The position numbers were made by a program, and so were the translations under genes. Below, piece by piece: positions 1-7,426 of a DNA stretch of 14,807 nt. Source of the DNA: a bacterium (GTDB lineage Bacteria > SZUA-182 > DTGQ01). Each line of letters starts with the position of its first letter. Position 1 is the stretch's first letter. The stretch covers positions 1-14,807 of the forward strand of contig JBFMGO010000133.1 in the NCBI GenBank assembly GCA_040752695.1, given 5' to 3'. The notes beneath the pieces were generated by a model, which ran no database searches, was not told the DNA's origin, and saw only the letters and a program-made list of their open reading frames with translations.

Positions 1-115
1 TTAAAAGAGTAAGAATGTCTATAGGGGCCGGGGAAAAGCCTGAAAACAATTTGCCTCCCGAAACCGCAAGGCATCCGTGACCCGTTTCTACCGGGCTTGG
101 CGCTGCACCCGGACT

Positions 116-132
116 TTGTCGATAATCGGCAA
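116..132. promoter_or_regulatory. Imperfect 17-bp palindrome, candidate transcription-factor operator
   Basis: TTGTCGATAATCGGCAA vs its reverse complement TTGCCGATTATCGACAA; intergenic, downstream of racemase copy 1. Confidence 0.3.
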
Positions 133-170
133 GCTTCGCCCCTCAGACCCCCTGAACAACAACCGACCGC

Positions 171-1016
171 TCAAAACCCGAAATCACGGAAAACCTTCTT
201 TAACATTTCCCGTGGAAAGCCTTGATACTGGCTACTCTGTGCAGTAGTTCTACTCATTCCGATACTCTTTCGGAGATCAGCAAGCAACTCCGCCATCTTG
301 AATGCAGCCGATGCGCCATCGACGATGCGAACGCCAGTTTTGGCTACTTCGGTGTATCCCGCCAGGGAAAGAGCCGGCCCTAAGGGGAAGCCGGGAACCA
401 GGATCGTATCCGCCCCGTCCTTGACGCATTCCAAAGCTGTTCTCTCAAAAAGTTCGATAAGTTTTTCTGGCTTGCCGCGATGAGCATCCATCATGTCGTT
501 CCACACCCACCGATCAAACCATCGAATAGGCCTATCCTTGATAAACCTGTCTTCAAATCCGAACATGCGAATGTGATGCTCCAGCATCCGCAAATACTGC
601 TCACGAATGGTTACCATAGCGAACTTCTCTCCGATGAAACTGCCTACCGCCATTGAGGCCTCGCATGGACCGATGACTGGGATGTGCGCTACGGCCCGCG
701 CGATCTGAACGCCGTTGTCGCTGTGACACCCCAGCACAGCCGCATCGTAGCCCTCCTCTTCAGCCTTGATAATTCGATTAACAAGAGGCATCGACGTAAC
801 CGTGCTCAGATAGAGGTTCTGCAACGAACCAGAATACTTGTCCGGAAACCACTGGGTCACCTTGGTGTCCGGTTTGGTCACTCTCTCCGCGGATTTCTGA
901 ATAATGTCCTCATAAAACCCACCCATCGGTCTGACACCCCACGCACCTGCGAGATCATCCGATGCCTTCTGTCCTGCCCGCGGAAGCGGATGTACAATCA
1001 ATATCCTCAACCCCAT
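171..1016 (-). CDS. Asp/Glu/hydantoin racemase family protein, copy 1
   Basis: 281 aa; motifs AEEEGYDAAVLGCHSDNG, IPVIGPCEASM and DGADTIL typical of hydantoin/allantoin racemase family; AAGGAGG RBS just upstream of the ATG. Confidence 0.85.
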   Translation of the reverse strand: MGLRILIVHPLPRAGQKASDDLAGAWGVRPMGGFYEDIIQKSAERVTKPDTKVTQWFPDKYSGSLQNLYLSTVTSMPLVNRIIKAEEEGYDAAVLGCHSDNGVQIARAVAHIPVIGPCEASMAVGSFIGEKFAMVTIREQYLRMLEHHIRMFGFEDRFIKDRPIRWFDRWVWNDMMDAHRGKPEKLIELFERTALECVKDGADTILVPGFPLGPALSLAGYTEVAKTGVRIVDGASAAFKMAELLADLRKSIGMSRTTAQSSQYQGFPREMLKKVFRDFGF

Positions 1017-1103
1017 TTGACGCCTCCTTCTATTCGTCCGTCTTCGTCCAATATCCTGTTAAACAACTCCTCCGCGGCATCCAAGCCAACCGCCCTTCCC
1101 TTA
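171..1103. repeat. Direct repeat copy A (racemase gene plus about 85 bp leader); copy B at 3130-4064
   Basis: Constant offset of 2959 across the CDS; 11 aa differences in 281; the leaders also align (cgcccttccc at 1091-1100 and 4053-4062). Confidence 0.95.
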
Positions 1104-1257
1104 CGTCAAACCCGTACTCCTCGCTTATCTCCCCAAGCAGCTGTACCGCTCGTTCCTTAACCTCTTCTCGCTCAAAGATCTTTTTACGGTATTTCGGTCA
1201 CCATACCAAGTGATAACTCGTATCGTAGACCGCATGACTCGTTCTTTTAATCACCAT
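1102..1257 (-). pseudogene. tnpA: IS200/IS605-family Y1 transposase N-terminal fragment with an internal stop
   Basis: Manual translation from ATG 1257: MVIKRTSHAVYDTSYHLVW*PKYRKKIFEREEVKERAVQLLGEISEEYGFDV, matching the TnpA YHxVWxPKYRK motif; TGA at 1198-1200; truncated before the HUH motif; absent from the ORF track. Confidence 0.9.
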
Positions 1258-1386
1258 GCATGACTTATATTATATCTCGACGCAAGAACCTATAAGGATA
1301 AGACGAGGAGGCTCCGCTCCCCCTTATAACCCCCTCGGTAAGGCATGCATTCATCCCCGCGGCAAGCCCCGGGGTGTTTTGCAAAG
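1102..1386 (-). mobile_element. IS200/IS605-family element remnant (left end plus tnpA fragment)
   Basis: Subterminal hairpin ccccgcggc-aa-gccccgggg (1355-1374) upstream of the tnpA fragment; minus-strand TTGAT at 1387-1391 immediately 5' of the presumed left end. Confidence 0.75.
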
Positions 1387-1474
1387 ATCAACCTTGTAAA
1401 GCGTATAATTTAGCTATGACTCCAATTACACCCATTGTTTAGGTTTTAACCCACGCCTAAATACCATTTGTTTC

Positions 1475-1509
1475 AGAGAGGAGGCTACAAGTATGGCAGC
1501 CCCCTCTCT
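1475..1509 (-). terminator. Stem-loop downstream of the acetamidase gene, possible terminator
   Basis: Minus strand AGAGAGGGGGCUGC/GUAGCCUCCUCUCU forms a 14-bp stem with 2 G-U pairs, 25 nt after the stop; no clear U tract. Confidence 0.45.
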
Positions 1510-1534
1510 TCAATATGTTCATGAAGGTTTTATT

Positions 1535-2554
1535 CTATTTTTTAAAAATGGCCTTGGGGATCATGGCGTGAATTCCCTTGTTTCTATCCACAATCTGTGT
1601 CACTCTCAGGTCCACAACTAAGCTAGCCAAGTCATAGGCATCATCAGGGGTTAAGCCTTTGGTTTTTACTAAAAATTGGATTGCATCTCGCAAAGCGATT
1701 TTTACAGCTTCATTAAGATCTTTGTCGAAACCCATGGCAATCCAGTGAGTAGGGGTCTCGGCCATTGGCCGTTCGAGTTTCATGTCTTTTCGGACGACAA
1801 ATTGGAGTTCCACCACTTCCATAGCAGTCTCAAGGGCGGTAACGTTGACCTCACCGTCCCCTTGACCGGCATGGGCATCGCCCGTTGAAAAAAGGCCTCC
1901 TTTAACCTGGACCGGCAGATAAAGTGTGGTTCCCGCTACCAGTTCTTTGTTGTCCATATTTCCACCGAAATATTCCGGGATGCTGTTCTGCCGTTTCTCC
2001 CCTGGCTTTGGCGCAACCCCCATCGTTCCAAGGAAAGGGTTTAGAGGAACAACGATTCCCGGAGCGAACTTCGTTTCCATTTTCCCTAGGTCTAAATTGA
2101 ACGTTCTGAGCTGTCCATTTGGAAAATCCTCTGGTAATCCTCCAATCCCCATTCTCCCTGGCATATGATAATTCACAGCACAATGCATAGGGATCAATTT
2201 TTTAATTCTAACTTCCAAGACATCCCCGGGCTCGGCACCATTGACGAAGATGGGACCGGTGAGGGCAATGGGTGAAGCCTTCCGATCAATATACCCTTGC
2301 CTAAGGGGCACGAACTCATCATAAGTAATCCCGCATCTTAATCCACCCATCATCATCATCATCGTATTCAAAATAACGGTATCCTCGGAATCGACAGTCA
2401 ACACTGGAGGAATGGTGCTATCAAAATAACCGCTATGAACTGTTTGGGGTGATGCGACCAGGTTATGGATTTTTCCGCTTTGACTCATGGCTGCTCCTGA
2501 ACAAAACATGACAAGAGAAACGACAAGAGAAATAATCAAACAAATTGTTTTCAT
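1535..2554 (-). CDS. Acetamidase/formamidase (FmdA/AmdA) family protein with predicted Sec signal peptide
   Basis: LTGPIFVNGAEPGDVLEV, GGNMDNKEL, GDAHAGQGDGEV and ALET motifs; hydrophobic N-terminus MKTICLIISLVVSLVMFCSGAAMS; GGAGG RBS. Confidence 0.9.
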   Translation of the reverse strand: MKTICLIISLVVSLVMFCSGAAMSQSGKIHNLVASPQTVHSGYFDSTIPPVLTVDSEDTVILNTMMMMMGGLRCGITYDEFVPLRQGYIDRKASPIALTGPIFVNGAEPGDVLEVRIKKLIPMHCAVNYHMPGRMGIGGLPEDFPNGQLRTFNLDLGKMETKFAPGIVVPLNPFLGTMGVAPKPGEKRQNSIPEYFGGNMDNKELVAGTTLYLPVQVKGGLFSTGDAHAGQGDGEVNVTALETAMEVVELQFVVRKDMKLERPMAETPTHWIAMGFDKDLNEAVKIALRDAIQFLVKTKGLTPDDAYDLASLVVDLRVTQIVDRNKGIHAMIPKAIFKK

Positions 2555-2785
2555 AACCCCCTCCCTTTCCTAATTTATCATTGTTTATAAACCAATCTTT
2601 GATTTTGATCGACAAATACTCCTCCCTACTCAAAACAGAATGATTTTTCACCTCCTTAAGTGTTTAAGTTGAAACCCTTGGGTTAAGCATTCCGCAATGC
2701 TGATGGACCTTGAGCAAGAAGTAATAGACGTTATGGAATAATTTTGATAAAAAGAGCTTCTTATGAAATTCGCTCATTAATGGTC

Positions 2786-3121
2786 CTACGGCACTCGGAT
2801 TTGGCCGCCATCAACATCGATGATCGCGCCTTGCATGAAGCTTGCCCGATTGGATGCCAGAAACGCAGTAAAGGCGGCGATTTCCTCCGGGCGGCCGAAC
2901 CGTTCAATGCGTAAAGCCGCCAGCCGCTGGGCTGCGGCCTCTTCCAGGCTGACATGTCCCTTGCTGGCCATGCGCTCGAGTCCTCGCGTCAAGCGGTCTG
3001 TAGCGATATAGCCGGGATTGATTGCGTTCACCCGTACCCCATCGATCTCCGACATCGCCTTGGTGAAATTCAGCAGCGCCACATTGATTGATCCGCCGAT
3101 GGTGTAATCCGCTTTAAGCAT
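2786..3121 (-). pseudogene. C-terminal fragment of an SDR-family oxidoreductase
   Basis: GVRVNAINPGYIATDRL, RFGRPEEIA and FMQGAIIDVDGG are SDR C-terminal motifs; no N-terminal GxxxGxG; begins 8 nt after the racemase copy 2 stop. Confidence 0.85.
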
Positions 3122-3129
3122 CGGACCGA

Positions 3130-3975
3130 TCAGAACCCAAAATCCCGGAAAACCTTCTTCAGCATTTCCTTGGGAAAACCCTGATACTGGCTACTCTGTG
3201 CAGTAGTTCTACTCATTCCGATACTCTTTCGGAGATCAGCAAGCAACTCCGCCATCTTGAATGCAGCCGACGCGCCATCAACAACGCTGACGCCGGTCTT
3301 GGCCACCTCGGTGTAACCCGCCAGGGAAAGAGCCGGCCCCAAGGGAAAACCGGGAACCAGGATCGTATCCGCCCCGTCCTTGACGCATTCCAAAGCTGTT
3401 CTCTCAAAAAGTTCGATAAGTTTTTCTGGCTTGCCGCGATGAGCATCCATCATGTCGTTCCACACCCACCGATCAAACCATCGAATAGGCCTATCCTTGA
3501 TAAACCTGTCTTCAAATCCGAACATGCGAATGTGATGCTCCAGCATCCGCAAATACTGTTCCCGAATGGTTACCATGGCGAACTTCTCTCCGATGAAGCT
3601 GCCTACCGCCATTGAGGCCTCGCATGGACCGATGACTGGGATGTGCGCTACGGATCGTGCAATTTGAACGCCGTTGTCGCTGTGACACCCCAGCACAGCA
3701 GCATCATAACCTTCCTCCTCAGCCTTGATAATTCGATTAACAAGAGGCATCGACGTAACCGTGCTCAGATAGAGGTTCTGCAACGAACCAGAATACTTGT
3801 CCGGAAACCACTGGATCACCTTGGTGTCCGGTTTGGTCACTCTCTCCGCGGATTTCTGAATAATGTCCTCATAAAACCCACCCATCGGTCTGACCCCCCA
3901 AGCACCTGCGAGATCATCCGATGCACTATTACCTTCCCTCGTAAGTGGATGTACAATCAAAAGCTTCAATCCCAT
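3130..3975 (-). CDS. Asp/Glu/hydantoin racemase family protein, copy 2
   Basis: 281 aa, 270/281 identical to 171-1016; same motifs; AAGGAGG RBS. Confidence 0.85.
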   Translation of the reverse strand: MGLKLLIVHPLTREGNSASDDLAGAWGVRPMGGFYEDIIQKSAERVTKPDTKVIQWFPDKYSGSLQNLYLSTVTSMPLVNRIIKAEEEGYDAAVLGCHSDNGVQIARSVAHIPVIGPCEASMAVGSFIGEKFAMVTIREQYLRMLEHHIRMFGFEDRFIKDRPIRWFDRWVWNDMMDAHRGKPEKLIELFERTALECVKDGADTILVPGFPLGPALSLAGYTEVAKTGVSVVDGASAAFKMAELLADLRKSIGMSRTTAQSSQYQGFPKEMLKKVFRDFGF

Positions 3976-4061
3976 TTGATGCCTCCTTCTTATAATCGCC
4001 CGTTTTCATCTAATATTTTACACAGAAAGCAGCGCCCGACATCCATCCCAAACGCCCTTCC

Positions 4062-5372
4062 CTACTTATACATTAGCCCTGGAAGCCACAAAACAAGTTG
4101 CGGGAAGAAGTACAGCAGTATATAATTCAGTACCGATGCCGCAATGAACGGCATTACTCCTTTGATAATATCCGTCAGGCTTACATCGTCCTTCAGCACT
4201 CCCTTTACGACATAAAGGTTCACCGCTACGGGGGGCGTGATAACGGCCAACTCTGAAAGCCTAACAAACATAATACCAAACCAGATGGGGTCAAAGCCCA
4301 ATTTAATTATCGCTGGCACAAGTATCGGCACAGTAATCAACATTATAACTATCGGCTGCATAATCATGCCTAAAACAATTAGCAGCCCGGTAATTCCCAT
4401 AAAAATCAGATGGGGGGAAACTTCTAGAGAAGTTAAGAACTTGGTGAAATACGATACCGTCCCTCCGAGAACCATTGCCCGCGAAAAGAGAAATCCGCCG
4501 ATTAACGCGAGAAACATCATTCCTGTGATGATAGCGGTCTCCTTAAAACTGGTCTTGATAATATTCCAATTTACTCTCCGCATGCACAAAATGACGATAA
4601 AGCTTCCTGCAGCTCCAATGGCGCCTCCCTCCGAAGGCGTAAACAGACCGATAAAGATTCCGCCGATAGCGAACATAAAAATGAATCCTATAGGGATAAC
4701 ACTTCGGATGCTGAGGAGTTTCTCTCTTAAATCAGATTTCTTTTCAAGTGATGGAGCCAGTTTAGGGTTGCATTTGACCATAATATATACGGTGGCCATA
4801 TATATCAGACATTCCAATATGCCGGGACAGATGCCGCCAATCAGGAGTTTCCCGATCGATTGATCGGATAAGATACCGAACAGAACCAACAGGATACTGG
4901 GAGGTATCATCGCAGCTACGGTTCCGGCCGCCGCGATGCAGCCGGAGGCCAGTTTTTTATCATATCCATATCTGACCATCTCAGGAAAGGCTATCCTTGC
5001 AAAAAGTGCCGCTGTCGAAGCGGTTGAGCCACTAGCAGCACCAAAAGCGCCGCACCCAGCAATGGTGGCCATAGCCAGTCCACCTCGCAGCCGTCCAAGC
5101 CAGAGACGGCCCGCAGCGAAGGCGTCCTGACCGATTCTCGATTCAGCAGCAAATTGACCCATGAGGATAAAGAGAGGGATAACCACATATCCGTATGACG
5201 CGGTGGCATTGTAAGCAACGTTGGCAAGTTGTGCCATTAAGACTTGAGGCCCGGCAATAAGCAGAATTCCTAAAACTCCAGACAGTAGCAAAGCATAGCC
5301 GATATGTACCCCCCCTCCAATAAGCCCCAACATTACAATAAGAGATACGACTGAACTCATCCAATCTTGCAT
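4062..5372 (-). CDS. dctM: TRAP transporter large permease
   Basis: 436 aa polytopic; IPLFILMG, MIPPSI, FTPSE, GFDPIWFGI and ITPPVAVNLYV motifs. Confidence 0.95.
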   Translation of the reverse strand: MQDWMSSVVSLIVMLGLIGGGVHIGYALLLSGVLGILLIAGPQVLMAQLANVAYNATASYGYVVIPLFILMGQFAAESRIGQDAFAAGRLWLGRLRGGLAMATIAGCGAFGAASGSTASTAALFARIAFPEMVRYGYDKKLASGCIAAAGTVAAMIPPSILLVLFGILSDQSIGKLLIGGICPGILECLIYMATVYIMVKCNPKLAPSLEKKSDLREKLLSIRSVIPIGFIFMFAIGGIFIGLFTPSEGGAIGAAGSFIVILCMRRVNWNIIKTSFKETAIITGMMFLALIGGFLFSRAMVLGGTVSYFTKFLTSLEVSPHLIFMGITGLLIVLGMIMQPIVIMLITVPILVPAIIKLGFDPIWFGIMFVRLSELAVITPPVAVNLYVVKGVLKDDVSLTDIIKGVMPFIAASVLNYILLYFFPQLVLWLPGLMYK

Positions 5373-5390
5373 AATATTACCTGCCCTCCA

Positions 5391-5428
5391 TTGTTAATTC
5401 CCCGCAACTTGCTGCGGGGAATTAACAA
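5391..5428. repeat. Perfect 16-bp inverted repeat with 6-nt loop (REP-like) between dctQ and dctM
   Basis: ttgttaattccccgca-acttgc-tgcggggaattaacaa. Confidence 0.9.
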
Positions 5429-5471
5429 GTTAAAGGTATAACCATATCGGAATTACATCCCGCAGGAAGCC

Positions 5472-6026
5472 TCATATCTGGTCACTTGCATGCGAAATAT
5501 CCGGACCGCTCGTTTTGCTATAGGTACGATTTGTAGTAACAAGTTCCTTTATGGAACGGGCAAAGCGTTCAATAAGTCGAATCACAAAGATGGCTAATCC
5601 TACCACTATAGCTATCTTTGCCGTATATATAGGAAATGGTATGATACCTGTAGTGAACTCTCTTATCTGCCATGAATACAAGGCTGGACCAAAGGAAGCC
5701 ACCATCAGCAACCCACAGACAACTATCCCCAACAGGAAGGAGATGCAGTTTATCACCACTTGCAGTGTTTTACTGATATAGGGGAATATGAAGTCGACCC
5801 GCATATGTCTCTTCTCGGCCTCGCAAGGTGCAAGAGATAGAAAAATTACGACTACTAGAAGGATTTCGCCGCTCAGCTCGTAAGTCCCATAGAGTGGTTG
5901 ACGAAAAAGGAACCGACCCCAAACATCAATAAAGCTATATATTACCATTATAGAGATGCTTATCCCGCAAACCCACATAATTACCATCTCAACTCCGGAA
6001 ATTGCCTTTTCAATTTTTTCCAGCAT
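5472..6026 (-). CDS. dctQ: TRAP transporter small permease
   Basis: 184 aa, 4 hydrophobic segments; DVWGRFLF, YELS and HMRVD motifs; lies between dctP and dctM. Confidence 0.92.
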   Translation of the reverse strand: MLEKIEKAISGVEMVIMWVCGISISIMVIYSFIDVWGRFLFRQPLYGTYELSGEILLVVVIFLSLAPCEAEKRHMRVDFIFPYISKTLQVVINCISFLLGIVVCGLLMVASFGPALYSWQIREFTTGIIPFPIYTAKIAIVVGLAIFVIRLIERFARSIKELVTTNRTYSKTSGPDISHASDQI

Positions 6027-6086
6027 TTTTCCCTCCCAACCAATCGCAAAAAATACAACTCCATGTAAGAAACGCCCCGCTGTAAA

Positions 6087-7142
6087 TCACTGTGTTTTTC
6101 TATATTCAGCTTTCAATCGCGTTATAGCTGCCTTTACTGCCTTTACGTCATCCTGGATCTTCAGCTTAGCTGTCTCTTGGTCCCATACTTCTAAAGAGTC
6201 TTTTTGGAGTCGTTCATTCTCTGCTTGCGAGATGTAACTAAATTTAACCCCCTTATCTTTTAAAAATTTTTCATCTTCTGCATCTGTTTCTGAAATCAAC
6301 TGTTTGAGCATCTTAAGGTGATCAACCTGTAGATCCATGATGGTTTTCTGAAGATCAGGGGCTAAGCTGTTGAACAAATTCAAGTTCATTAGCGGTTGAG
6401 CGGCATAACATGCCGGATAAAAATCACCCTTCAGGTGGTACTTGGCAATTTCCCATAACCCTATTTTGTGTTGATCGTTAGGTGAAAGGGTACTTTCGAC
6501 CGCACCCTTCGCCATTGCCTCGTATACTTCTGATGATGGCAGCGCCAAAGGTACCATGCCAAGCTTGGCCACTCTTTTGGGCACCATCGAACCCCACACC
6601 CTTACCCGGAAGCTCTTTAAATCGTCCAACTTATTGATTGGCTTAGTGCAAACCACGCCATAAGGCGGAAGACCTCCGTAACTAAGTATTTTTACATTGT
6701 TTCTTTTGGATTCAGCCTTAATGGCAGGTACCTCTTCAACGACTCTTGGTATTAACCAGAAAAGTTCATCCAAATCCGCACACGGGTATTCAGCTATAAC
6801 TTGCAAAAGAGGATATTCAGAAGGATGGTATGTTATACTTGTTGTTCCAAGCTCAACGCCGCCACGCGCGACCAGCGGTAAAATTTCCTTGGCTCTTGCC
6901 AGTTCCTCGTTAAAGTAGTGCTTGATTTTAATTCTGCCACCAGTGCGCTTTTCAAGCTCGCTTGCCCACCATTTGATCCCCTGCATAAGCACACGCTGTT
7001 CGGGTTGATAATGTGCCATCCTCCATAATAGGGGTTTTTGCGCTTCTGATGATGCTGCGATGACAGGACTGCCCCCCCAAAAAAACAACACAGCCAATAA
7101 CAATAACACTAAAGCCTTTGCATCCAATTTTTTACTAAACAT
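6087..7142 (-). CDS. dctP: TRAP transporter substrate-binding protein
   Basis: Signal peptide; ELEKRTGGRIKI, KPINKLDDLKSFRVRV (conserved Arg), SEVYEAMAKGAVE and LWEIAKY motifs. Confidence 0.93.
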   Translation of the reverse strand: MFSKKLDAKALVLLLLAVLFFWGGSPVIAASSEAQKPLLWRMAHYQPEQRVLMQGIKWWASELEKRTGGRIKIKHYFNEELARAKEILPLVARGGVELGTTSITYHPSEYPLLQVIAEYPCADLDELFWLIPRVVEEVPAIKAESKRNNVKILSYGGLPPYGVVCTKPINKLDDLKSFRVRVWGSMVPKRVAKLGMVPLALPSSEVYEAMAKGAVESTLSPNDQHKIGLWEIAKYHLKGDFYPACYAAQPLMNLNLFNSLAPDLQKTIMDLQVDHLKMLKQLISETDAEDEKFLKDKGVKFSYISQAENERLQKDSLEVWDQETAKLKIQDDVKAVKAAITRLKAEYRKTQ

Positions 7143-7291
7143 TTTTCTTCCCTCCTCATTGGTTGATTTATCTATTGTGCCTCACATAGGCGCTATCAGA
7201 AGATCTTCAAAGAACTTTTTCAATGTCTTGCTATCGCTTCCTACGGAATATAAAAAAACACTGCGCAGTCGATCAATAAAATATCAATCCG

Positions 7292-7387
7292 TCAATTGCC
7301 TGTCACAATCGGATGGTTCCCCCTATCTCCCACCTTGTGACCATCCAGCCCCACCTTGGCCACCAATACCCTGACCATCTTTCCCAT
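7292..7387 (-). pseudogene. Truncated cobalamin-binding mutase small subunit (N-terminus only)
   Basis: Manual translation MGKMVRVLVAKVGLDGHKVGDRGNHPIVTGN*; matches the RVLVAKxGLDGHDRG consensus; GAGGGG RBS; directly after the mutase large subunit; below the ORF-track cutoff. Confidence 0.85.
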
Positions 7388-7426
7388 GCCTCTTGCCCCT
7401 CTATCTAAACAGCTTTCAACAGCTCT

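Noticed and set aside
23..153. Cobalamin, Moco or c-di-GMP riboswitch, SRP or 6S RNA
   Set aside because: Diagnostic conserved motifs were not found; kept only as an unassigned structure
1198..1200. In-frame TGA in tnpA at a position that is often Cys, as possible selenocysteine or recoding
   Set aside because: The gene is also truncated before its HUH motif, and TGA is used as a normal stop by many genes in this window
2463..2651. 62-aa ORF next to a strong AAGGAGGTG sequence
   Set aside because: Its GTG lies inside the RBS-like motif itself, it overlaps the amidase start and has no recognisable motif; may be a relic RBS
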